Below are positions 1 to 11,352 of a stretch of 64,000 bases of DNA, piece after piece. Made by a program: the position numbers and the translations under genes. The first letter of the stretch is position 1; each line of letters starts with the position of its first letter. Origin of the DNA: Lama guanicoe (Eukaryota); contig MU053652.1 in NCBI GenBank assembly GCA_013239625.1, forward strand, positions 2,606,001-2,670,000, written 5' to 3'. The notes beneath the pieces were generated by a model, which made no database searches, was not told the DNA's origin, and saw nothing but the letters and a program-made list of their open reading frames with translations.

Positions 1-835
1 GAATAAATGGCCAAGAATGAAGGAAGGAATGGCCAAAATAATTTAAACAAAATAAATAATGTAGTATTGGATTAGAACCCAAAGTATAAACATCCCTGAA
101 TCTGTACTGATAATAACTGCAGTATAACAATCAGAAAAACATCAGGCAAATTCAAATTAAGGACCAGTCAACAAAATATATGAGCAGTACTCCTCAAAAC
201 TCAATACAATGAAAAACAAGGAAAGACAAAAAACGTTCATAGACCAGAGGAGAGTATGGAAGCAAGACAATTAAAAGTAATACCTTGGTAAATACAGGAC
301 AGAAATAGACTCATGGACAGAGAATACAGACTTGTGGTTACCAGGGGGGTGGAGGGTGGGAAGGGATAGACTGGGATTTCAAAATTGTAGAATAGATAAA
401 CAAGATTACACTGTATAGCACAGGGAAATATACACAAAATGTTATGATAAATCACAGAGAAAAAAATGTGACAATGAGTGTGTATATGTCCATGAATGAC
501 TGAAAAATTGTGCTGAACACTGGAATTTGACACAATATTGTAAAATGATTATAAATCAATAAAAAATGTTAAAAAAAAGAGTAATACCTTGGATGGAATC
601 TTAGGTCAGAAAGAAGACATTACTGGGAAAACTAATGAAATCCAAACAAAACGTGGAGTTTAGGTAATACTAATGCATCATTGTTGGTATCTTGGTCATG
701 ACAAATGTACCATGGTCATATAAGATGTTAGCAGGAGGAGAAACTAGGTGAGGGACATATGGGAACTCTGTACCACCTCTGCAATATTTCCGTAAATCTG
801 AAATCAACCTAAAATTAAAAGGATATTTTTAAAAA
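1..835 (+). mobile_element. Old L1 (L1MC-type) 3' UTR fragment, interrupted by a younger L1 insertion
   Basis: Shares blocks with the L1 3' UTR at 14.3-15.1 kb (tagtattggattagaacccaaagtataaa; tactcctcaaaact; gggaactctgta...gtaaatctgaaat). Family name from recalled consensus; boundaries approximate. Confidence 0.75.
289..576 (+). mobile_element. Young 5'-truncated lineage-specific L1 3' end with target-site duplication
   Basis: L1 3' UTR motifs (acagaaatagactc...cttgtggttaccaggggg, G-rich tract, aataaa plus A tail). TSD aaaagtaataccttgg (273-288) vs aagagtaataccttgg (577-592), at a TT/AAAA endonuclease site. Confidence 0.9.
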
Positions 836-918
836 GTTGAATCTATACGTGTCACAGAAGAGTTACTTAATAAATGTCAAAAAGGTAAGTGAATGAATTT
901 CTTTTAAAGGCAGAACTA

Positions 919-1070
919 GAGGGGGTGGATATAGCTCAGTGATAGAGCGCACGCTTAGCATGCACAAGGTCCTGGATTCAATTCTCAATACGTCTATTAA
1001 ATAAATAAATAATTGAATAAGTAAACCTCCGCACCACCCCCAACCAAAAGAAAAAAAAAATCCACTGGCA
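919..1070 (+). mobile_element. tRNA-derived SINE, camelid vic-1-like
   Basis: Head gggggtggatatagctcagtgatagagcgcacgcttagcatgcacaaggtcctggattcaattc with Pol III A/B-box-like motifs and an A-rich tail. TSD taaaggcagaacta (905-918) vs taaacgcagaacta (1071-1084). Confidence 0.85.
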
Positions 1071-1539
1071 TAAACGCAGAACTAAAAGGAAAAGAATTAC
1101 CTTTACACACACATCTCATAAAGGTAAAACATTAATACACAAAATGACCTCAAACAAATGACCTCCAACAAATAAAGACAAACAACCAAATAGAAAAATA
1201 TAGACAACATAAAACACAAAGGGTTAATTAAAATCTGAATATTTAAAGAGCACTTAAACATAAAAACCTCATATGAAAATGGGCAAAACCGAAACATTCA
1301 AAATGAGTAATAACCAAAATTTAGATTAAAACAAAAACATATACTAGCCCTATAAAATTGGACACTCTCAAAAAAAACAAGTTTTAATCATAATCTCAGT
1401 TGTTGGCCAGAGCAGGTAAAATGGCACTCTCATATTGTGCTGGTAGAAATACAAATTGATATAACTTTTCATGAGATAATTTTGATATAATATATATCAA
1501 AAACATTTCAAGTATGCATATCATTTTAAGTAAAAAATG

Positions 1540-1780
1540 ATAATGACAACAGCTATGACGACAACAATGATGTTGGCATCTAACATTTCTGAGCTTTTAC
1601 GACATCCCAGACACTGGTCTAAGTGCTTTCCATATATAAACTATTATCTTCAATGTACAGATTAAGAAACTGAGAGAGATAAATGAATTTGCTTAAGTAT
1701 ACACACCTAAGAAGGATCTGACTAAGAAGTAAGGCAACCTGACTCCAAAGCCAATGTTCCTAATCACCACACTATACAGC
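1540..1780 (-). mobile_element. MIR SINE relic inserted in an old L1 fragment
   Basis: Reverse MIR core (taagtgctttcc...aagaaactgagagagataaatgaatttgcttaag). Degraded L1 sequence on both sides (about 1150-2220). Confidence 0.65.
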
Positions 1781-3229
1781 CTTAGAATTATTCCACTTTT
1801 TGGAATTTAACCTAAAAAATAATCCAGGGGATGTAAACCATCCACATTCATCATAGTACAATTTATAATAGCAAACCATAAACAATCTAATTGTCTAACA
1901 ACAAAGGATGCATTAAACAAATTAGGATATACCTGTGTTACAGAATACCATGTAATCATAATGTATTCTACAGCCTGACTTTGATGTTGTTGAAAATGTT
2001 CACTACATCGTGAGTGAAGGGAAAAAGTAGTTCACAAATACACATATGATGAATCAAGTGTTATAAGTAATAATAATACCCATGCATGAGGAGAAAAGAC
2101 AAAGAACATATACCAAATCGTTAATGTTGTTTTCAATGGTGAGATTATGGTGACTTTTTTCCTGTTTGTGCTTTTTTATACTTTTCAAATATTCTAAAAT
2201 TAACTCATCTACATAATCAGAAAAAAGTGTGTTTCAGTAAGAATGAATTACCAAACAATAAAGATAAGAACTCTAAATAAAGACTGCAGTACGGTTAAAA
2301 GCTAAAGCTAAAAAACTAAAGTTTAGTAAAAAACAAAACAAAACAAAAAAACTGACATTAATGTTATAAAGCATGAGATAAAATTTAATATATTGTTAAC
2401 TATAATAAGTTGGGACCACAAAAATCAAAAAGTGTAATAAATTTGGGGAGGGAGAGGTCAAATGACATATAGCTCCTAGTAATAATGTTCCTGAAATTGA
2501 TTTAAATAAAAGAGAGATTCAAGAATACAAAAGTTTAGAATAAAAACATACTACAGAAATTCTAAATTATCTGAGACAAAATACCAACAAAAAAAATAGC
2601 AAAAAGCAGGAAAAGATTAAATGAAAGCAGTACACATTAAAAACAGAAAATTTTAAATAAAATGACAATGTTAACCCCAAACTGAATACAGCCATACATA
2701 TAAATGGCCTAAAATAACATAGTAATAAGATATCCTTTGGCCTGATTAAATAGTAGTAACATTACTATTACATGAAGGCAAACACAATAACAAAGTGACT
2801 CATGACAGATAAAAGATATATAAGGCATATGCAACCTTTGTAAAACAAGGGGGAATTTAAAGTATTAATGGGGATCAAAGAAGTCAACAGGTAAAGATTA
2901 AAACTAACAACTTAAAAAAATATGAACTGGATGAAAACAGTAACTATAAAATAACAGAGTCCAAGCCATGACTGTGAGTTTTTAATGATTCTTTTTTTAA
3001 ATGCAGTAAATATGGGAAGAAACTGACAAAAACGGCAGATTAACATCTCTCAGCATCTAGAAAACTAACAAATATCTATATAATGTCAAAGTAATGATAA
3101 GGAATGACAGTATTATGAAGAAAAATAAGGCAAAGTAGGAGAGAAACAGACCTGAATGACATGAGAGAGCAAGGCATGTCATAATCTAAAACATGACCAG
3201 ATAGCTCACTAAATGCAAAGTCAAAGGAG

Positions 3230-3730
3230 CAAACAGTTACAATATGTTGTGGTTTTGTGAATTCTGAAATGCCTATTAAATAGCCCATCAGAGATTCAGC
3301 AGTTGGATATCTGAGGCTGAAATTCAAGGGGAAATGCCAGGGTTGAAAACAATATATATTTAGAGACATCAGTATATCAAATACTAAAAAATTTAAAGCC
3401 ATGACACTGTGTTAAATAACTCAGGGAGTAAAATGGAGCTAGAAGACAAGCTGAATGACTGATTAAGCTCTGGGGGTCCATAATTTAGGGGGTCCAGAAG
3501 AGAAAGATCAAACAAAAGAGACTGAGAAGGGACAAAGATGAAGAAAATGAAAACAGAGAAAGTGTATATGTGAAATGAAGAAAATATTTTAAGAACAAAG
3601 GAGTGAAAACCTATGTAAAATGCTTCTGAGAAGACAGACTGGGTGGTATTCATCCTCATATGCCTAACTTCAATCTTAAATGCTGCTAAACAGAAAGTGT
3701 TTAATAAATATTTGATAAATATGCACAAAT
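3230..3730. mobile_element. L2 LINE fragments
   Basis: Reverse-orientation L2 body (cagttggatatctgagg...gaagacagactg) followed by an L2 3'-end motif (tttaataaatatttgataaat). Confidence 0.55.
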
Positions 3731-4441
3731 AAACAACACTAAAAAGGATAAGTTAATGTGGATCCATCAAAGCATAGAGTATATTAACCCTTATTTATTA
3801 ACTGTAACTTAAAGCTTATACTAAGTTGGAATGAAGATAAGAGAAATATGTACACCTGAAAATTATATATCATGTTGTAAATCAACTATACTTAAAAACA
3901 AAAACAAAAACAAAAACCAGCAAGAAAAGGAAAAAACAATACAGACCAGAAATGGGGTGAGGTCTAAGGGGATTTGAAAAGATAGAAGCTTGAAGATATT
4001 CTCGATGATTTCCAGTCCCAACATTAAGTCAACTATGAAGTACCTCTCCTAAGCCCAGAAAGTGACAAAAGGCCAGACCAGAACTTTAAGAATCATCACA
4101 AAGGCTTAGCCTTAGGAAGACCATGAGATCCATGGATGTCTCTTTCCCCAAGAGAAAGGCATCAACTAAATGAGCATTCCTATGACTACAATAGACTAGT
4201 CTCCCTGGCTCACAAAGAGCTTCAAGAGAGCTTTTATTCCTGAAGATGAGAATGTACCTGCCCTCTTAGCTGAGGACATCTAGTTGCTGAGAGGTGTTTC
4301 CTGGTGACCTACAGAGAACTAATGACATAGGAAATCGTATACCAAAAGCCATAAGACAAAGACTGCCAGACTGCCACACTGCCCACTATTTGAAGTAAGA
4401 GAAGCTTTACCCAACGAGTACACAATACAAAAAGTATGCAT

Positions 4442-4889
4442 AAAAAAAATACATGTACAAAAAGAACCAAGAAAGTTTATTTCAAAAAAAAAATACATGT
4501 ACAAAAAGAACCAAGAAAGTTTATTTCAAAAAAAAAATACATGTACAAAAAGAACCAAGAAAGTTTATTTCAAAAAAAAAAAAGAGGATAGATCATTTTA
4601 TCAGCTTTTAAAACACTTTAAATCCTCTATAATTAAAAACAGTAGGGACTGGTATAGGAACAGATCAACAGCTGAGAAACAAAACCCGAGAAACTGAGCC
4701 TTGTTTAGATAAAGAACCAAGAAAGTTTATTTCAAAAAAAAAAAAAGAGGATAGATCATTTTATCAGCTTTTAAAACACTTTAAATCCTCTATAATTAAA
4801 AACAGTAGGGACTGGTATAGGAACAGATCAACAGCTGAGAAACAAAACCCGAGAAACTGAGCCTTGTTTAGATGAGATGAGCCTTGTTT
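4442..4889 (+). repeat. Nested near-perfect tandem duplications (44 bp x3; 162/163 bp x2) in an old L1 ORF2 remnant
   Basis: 44-bp unit A(n)tacatgtacaaaaagaaccaagaaagtttatttc ends at 4483, 4527 and 4571. Segment 4549-4710 is repeated at 4711-4873, differing only in A-run length. Confidence 0.95.
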
Positions 4890-7800
4890 GATGATGATGT
4901 TTTACTTCAATGGGAAATGATAGTTCATATTCAAATGATGCTTATATCCAACTGAATATTTGCTGGAAGAAAATAAGTCAAGCCCTACCTAACATCATAA
5001 ACAAAATTAATCCAAATTAAAGATTTACACATACGTATATACATAAACACCTTAGGAAAAAAATTTAAGGGCCAATATGTACAACCAAAAAGTGTTAGAT
5101 CTTTTGGACAAGAAACACAGAAGCTGTAAAAGAAAAAAATTACTTGATTATAAAAAAAGTTTAAATTTTGTACTGTGAAAAAACCATAATTAGATGAACA
5201 AAATGAAAAATGAGCAGAATGCATGTCAATGAAAAGTCATTAAAATGGCTAGTAAACAACAACAAAAAATTTTTTCTAAATCCCTGTATATGATTTGTGT
5301 CAGGGAAAACAATTAACATATCTTTTTTCACCCGTCAAACTGAAATTAAATCCCCACTTAACAGGAAATCAAGGAGAAAATGTGAACATGTCCGTTACTC
5401 CAACCTTGATGGAAAGTCAATTTGCAACATCTATTAAAATTCTAAATGTACATATTCCTTCACCTAGCACTCTCAAAATCTAACCAATAAAACTAAAATC
5501 ACCAATATGCAAAATCTATGTATAGTCTCATACATGACACTGTTTAATGCAGCATATTTTTTGTAGTAGCAAGGAAATGATTAAATAAATTATAAAAATA
5601 TATAACATGGAATATTATATTGCAATTATAAAGAATACTTCAGAACTACACCTGTTAACTTGGAGGATTTCTGAAACGTAAACTACAAAGAAGCATGTAT
5701 GATTCTACTGTTGTAAAATCCCTATTATTTACATATATAAATATATTTTTATATATTAAATTAATAAGCATGTATGGTATGATCTAATATATCAAATTAT
5801 ATAAAGCAAGCACAAATAAAAGCCAAAATGAAGCATAAATATCCTTCAGGGGTTTTACTTATTCTCTTACATTTGTCATATTCAGATTTTTATAATAAAC
5901 ATTAAAAATTATTGTAAAAATATAATGGTTGAGATGACAACAAATTTTCCATACTTATGGCAAAATCACTACATTATCATCAGATGATCAAATGAGGCTC
6001 AAGTTCCCTTTTCTCTTTAAAGACAAAGGAGATGAAGAAGCAACTAATAAAGACTTATTGCCTCTTAAAATTTTTAAGTGACAGATAATCCCTAAAAGCT
6101 TAAAGTCAACTGTAGATTGTTTCTAATTCTCCATCCTAGATGTTCCTTCCCGCAACCCATTTCCACTCTCCTGCAAGGCAAAAGAGAAACTAGTTGAGGG
6201 CAGTGACCATTAACATTAGCTCTTCATCAACAGTAGCACAGCCACTATGCTAGCATTCTACAAACATCCACAGCCTCTGCTGAAGGAGCAATCATAAGAG
6301 AGTGATATTTTGCACTTGTGACTCTCCCTTACAACTATCTCAAGGACAGCTAATCTAAGCTAGCTAGTGACCTATGATAGGGGGTAGAAAGGGCCAGTAT
6401 GAAAATAAAATTATAAGAGAGAAAAATGTGTAAGTGAACAGAATCAATGTAACAGAGAAAAGATATACAGAATAAGTATGAGATACAAGAGAAAGAAGTC
6501 AGTCAGTAGCAACATAAGAATGTAGCAGACACAAAATAGAAGAGATTCCAGGGAACAAGAGAGAATAGAAATTGATGGCTTTTCAATTCTAGCTGCCAGG
6601 AGGTTCTGTTTCTGGCAACCAAACAATGTGATCAAAACACCCTTCTAGGTACTCCACGACTAATTTTAACATTTTAACTATTGTTGGGAAAAATAAATGA
6701 CAAGCAAAAAAAATGTTACAGAATACACAGTTTAGCATAGAAACTATATGATCCAAATATTAGAGGATTAATTTACTAAGGTTAAGTTAAATATCTGCCA
6801 TTCTAAAATATACATAAAACACAAAATGCAGGTAACAACCAATGGAGAACTGGTCAAAAAGAATTAATAAAGGAGATGCACTGACAACTAAAATGGCCTC
6901 CTTTTTCCACCAGAGTTAATTTAATTTTAAAATGTACATTTTTAATTTCTATCAATGCAGAATGAAAACTGAAGGTACTAAAAATGAGCAACATTAAGTC
7001 TCTTAGACATAGACTAAAAAGGCAAAGTTGTAATTAAATTCTTCTACTAGGGCTATAAAAATTATAGTGAAACACATGGGCAATTGAAATATGGAATACA
7101 ATGTTAAGTGTTTCCAAGTTATAGATCTCTACTTTGTAAATTTTTTACTGTATTATATCTATATACACTACCAATTAAATGTCAGGAGTAAACGATTCAA
7201 GTTCATCATGAGAAGATAATTTACTGGACATTTTAGGTTCAAGTCAGCAAATTAAAAGATCTTTTTTTGATTAAACATACTTAAATCCTAAGCCTGCTTG
7301 GCAGTACCTTTTAAATTGCTGTTCTTAAAAACAGTTAAAATAAACATAAAAAGCAGCACTTGGGCAAAAAAAAAAAAAAAAGGAGCACTTAACGTTTTTT
7401 TCTGCTAATGGATGCTCCAGATACTTACCAATAAATTCAGTTGATTTTAAAGCAAGAGTTTTGGATACTCAAAAGCTATCTCTAATTTTGATGTGAAGAA
7501 GTCAATCAAGCAGAGTATGTACAAGAGTGTGGATGGATTCAACTTGAAAATATTTTCCTTTAGGTGGTTTTAAAACACTACTAAAATTTGTGCCCTTATG
7601 TTGAATGATGTGATAAAACGGATCTAGATGAAATAAGCTTTGACTAGAAATCATTAAGACCATGGAGCTTGGAGACTATTTGGTTAGATAACAATAAGCA
7701 CACTGCATACACTCTCTGGGCTTTAATTTGTTTATCTGCAATGTGAAAGGAAAAGTTGAATTCCTTGGTGTCAAGTTTCTTCCAGCTCTAATTAGGGAAG

Positions 7801-8334
7801 TTGCATTGCACAACTCTATGAAACATCATTCATGAGGCCATGTTAACATTCTAGAATTCTATTAAAAGATTTCACAACCCTCATTCAAGGTATCATGTAT
7901 AATCCTCCTCCTACACAGCAGTAGATAACAACACACAATCCATTGAGTATAACAGAGCTTCCATTATATGTGAACACCCTGCTGGGGTAACACCATAAAA
8001 AAGTGCAAAAATAGGTGCCAGTGGCCAAGGAGATTATGATCTACTTTTTAATAAATAATAAATGTATACAGTTTAAAATTTAGGTGACACAAAAACATAC
8101 AATAAAAAAAATTATTCAAAATGCAAAACAGAAATTAAGTAAATCAATTTTGAATATCCACAGCTGTAGAGCATTAAAGAGTATACTACAAAAATTAGAG
8201 ATCTTCCAAAAATCACTTGTACATACTGTAAAAGGTAAGACTAGCTTCCAAATACTTCCCAACTTTTACACCAAAAAGTCCCAATTTTTACACAGGAGCA
8301 TGGTGAAGTGGGGGCCCTAACAATAAGCTGGAGT

Positions 8335-8700
8335 TACTCAACAAATATTTACTGATCTCTATATGCCAGACATTGTGCTAGGCTCCGGGAATATAATGAT
8401 ATAAAAGACAGACAGGATCCCCACTTGTGATGCTAATGTTCAAATGAGAAGTAGCAGAAAGTAAACAGATACAATTGTAAACAAGGTAATTACAGACTGT
8501 GATAAATGCTATAAAATAGATAAGCAGGAAGCTGCGCTAGGACAGGGGAGTTCTTTTACTTGGGGTGGTTCCCAAAATGCTAATTATGCTAATTAGAAGG
8601 GTCCACTCATGTAAAAATGAAGGAAAGTTAATTCTTCACAAAGGAACTAACAAGTTCAAAATCATAGCAATAGGAAAGAATCTAACCATGTAAATCTGAG
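8335..8700 (-). mobile_element. L2 3' fragment
   Basis: tcaacaaatatttactgatctctatatgccagacattgtgctagg is the reverse complement of the L2 terminus. Confidence 0.7.
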
Positions 8701-9427
8701 AACTGGATAGTCAAATAATGTCCTCACAGGCTATAAGGTAAATGCAAAGAAGGCAGGAAATCTCTAAGGGGGCCTGAGAACATTAATAAAATGCTGAGTT
8801 TAGACCCTAAGAGGATTTCAGAACAGTCCTACAAATATTCTCTTTGTGAAAGAGAATATTTGCAATCTGAACAGAAACTGCAGGGAACAGAAAATAAACT
8901 AAGCAAAGCATAAAGAATGACAACCCTTCAGGGAAGGTAAGATTCATATTCTACGTGGGCAGAGGTCCAAGTGACAGAACTCAAAGCTCAAAAACTACAC
9001 TTGTCCATCCCTTCTGCCTACAGAAGTTCTTCCTTCCAAAACTACTGTAAAACAAAACTCATTTAAGCACTAGAAACTTAAAATGAAAGCCCATACATAT
9101 ACATTTTAAAAGGATTAGCAAGGACAGACCAAGCAAATGCAAATAATAATAAAGCAGGGTTCAAGTTTAATTTCAGACAAGATGAAACTCAGAGCAAAAT
9201 AAAACAGTACTTTGTAATAAAATATCATAGTTTACAATACACATTAATGCTAGATTTTACTAACAAAGTTTAAAAAGCACCAAAATACAAAACAAAACAT
9301 CAGAATCAAAAAATAAGCCCCAAGTGAAAAAAATTTTATTAAAAATCATTGGGTCAAAGGAGAAATACAAAACAAGTTGCAAAATTTCTACAAAATAATG
9401 CTAATAGCAATGTGATAGATGGTATAA

Positions 9428-9625
9428 CAATACTTTCCAAGAGAACTTTATGTGATGACGAAAATTTTCTATATCTGCATTGTCTAATACAATAGCCACT
9501 AGACACATGTGGCTTACTGAGTATTTAACATGTGGCTAATGTGACTGAGGAACTGAAATTTTTAATTTAATTGAAAATCAATTTTAAGTTCCTATAAGCG
9601 TCTAGTAATACTGAATACTGCAGCT
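9428..9625. mobile_element. MER3-like hAT-Charlie non-autonomous DNA transposon
   Basis: agaactttatgtgatgacgaaaattttctatatctg...tagccactagacacatgtggc...gtgactgaggaactgaaatt matches the recalled MER3 consensus. Confidence 0.75.
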
Positions 9626-10535
9626 CTCAACAGTACAGCAAAAATTTATAAAGTGTATTAACTATGTCAATATAAAAGAAAAATCAACCATAAATACAGA
9701 CAAAGATAGATGAAAAGTAGAGAAATAGAGAAAGATATACTGTGCTTTCAAAAAATAGCTGAAGAAGCTATATTAATATCAGGCAAAAGACTTAAGAACA
9801 AACAAAATCATCAGAAATAAGGAACGGCTTACATAATGAAAAGTGTGTCAGTTCTCTAAGACATAACAATCTTTAATTTGTCTGCACCCCCAAAAAGTGT
9901 CAAAATACTTGAGAGAAAAGCTGACAGAAATGCAAGAAGAAAAAGACAAATCCACTATTATAACTGAAGACATCAACATCCTTCTATTAGTAATTGACAG
10001 ATTCAGCAGGCAGAAACTCAGCAAGGATACAGTTGAATCTAACAGCACCATCAAAAAACTAGATCTAATTAATTATTATAGAAAATTTTATCCAACACAG
10101 CAGAACACACATTCTTCTCAAGCTTACACAGGAATATTCACCAAGAAAGACCATAAGACACGTGTTAATAAACGTAAAAGAACAGAAAATTATACAAAGT
10201 ATGCTCTCAGACCACAAAGGAATTAAACTTAATTAATTAAATTTAATCAGTAAATGAAACTTAATCATTAACAGAAAGGTGGAAAATCCCAAAATATCTG
10301 GAGTAAACAACACTCTTCTAAAAAAAGATATGGGTCAAGGCACAATATAAGTTTTAAGTTATATTGAATTAAATGAAAATTAAAACAAAACATCAAAATT
10401 TGAGTGATGTAGCCAAAGCAAAGCACTGAATGCACATATTAGAAGAGAAGATAGATCTAAAATCAATCACCTAAGCTTCCACTTTAGGACACTAAAGAAA
10501 GAAGAACAATTTAAGTATAAAGCAAACAGAGAAGA

Positions 10536-10543
<8 letters not shown>

Positions 10544-10592
<49 letters not shown>
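10544..10592 (+). repeat. Pure poly(A) run of 49 nt
   Basis: Uninterrupted A from 10544 to 10592, inside the L1 ORF2 remnant. Confidence 0.95.
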
Positions 10593-10596
<4 letters not shown>

Positions 10597-11160
10597 AAAT
10601 CCATGAAACTGAAAATAGGAAATGAAAAGAGAAAACCAATGAAACCAAAAGCGGCCTATTTGAAAAACTAGTGAGTGACAAATTTCTAGCTATGCAATCA
10701 AGAAAAAAACCAGAAAACACAAATTATTAATATTAGAAATGAGACAGAGGTCATCACTACAAATCACTTGGATACTAAAAGGTTAATAAAATGTACTTAA
10801 ATGATTACATTTCTATAAAAATGTAAGAGATGAAATGGACCAATTCCTTGAAAGACAAAACTACCAATACTCAAAGAGAAACAGATCTGAACAGGCTGAT
10901 AACTATTAACGAAATTAAATTAACAATTAATAATCCTCCAAAAAAGAAAGCACCAAACCCAGATGGTTTTACTAGTGAATTCTACTAAGCATTTAAAGAA
11001 AATGATAGCAAGTCTCTATGAGTTCTTCCAGAAACTAAAAGCAAAGTGCAAAACTTCCTGTTGGTCAGGCAAGCATTACTCAACTACCAAAACCAGATAA
11101 CAACATTACAAGAAAAACTCCAGCCCAATAACTTTCACAATATAGATACAAAAATTCTCA

Positions 11161-11352
11161 GAGGGGAGGGTATAGCTCAACTGATAGAGTGCCTGCTTAG
11201 CATGCATGAGGCCCTGGGTTCAATCCCGAGTGCCTCCATTAAAAAAACCAAACAAGAAAAAGAAGTAAATAAACCCAATTTCCACCCCCCAACAACAATA
11301 ACAATATACAAACAAACAAAAAACAATAAAACTAAAGTTCAAAAAAATTATA
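11161..11352 (+). mobile_element. tRNA-derived SINE, camelid vic-1-like, inserted in the L1
   Basis: gaggggagggtatagctcaactgatagagtgcctgcttagcatgcatgaggccctgggttcaatccc (A box and B box gttcaatcc), A-rich tail, TSD aaaaattctc at 11150-11159 and 11353-11362. Confidence 0.9.

Noticed and set aside
921..995. tRNA genes at about 921 and 11163
   Set aside because: The tRNA-like heads continue into SINE bodies with A-rich tails and TSDs, and the acceptor stems are not intact.
4442..4571. 44-bp repeats as a CRISPR-like array
   Set aside because: Mammalian DNA, no unique spacers; simple head-to-tail duplication.
7421..7430. Minus-strand donor-like TG|GTAAGTAT as a cryptic MKLN1 exon
   Set aside because: No convincing upstream acceptor or muskelin-like reading frame; such motifs occur by chance in 30 kb of intron.
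9897..10226. ORFs 9897-10226, 11046-11381, 59524-59715 and 39090-39317 as genes
   Set aside because: They are short open stretches in decayed L1 ORF2, SINE or MaLR internal sequence, surrounded by stops and frameshifts.
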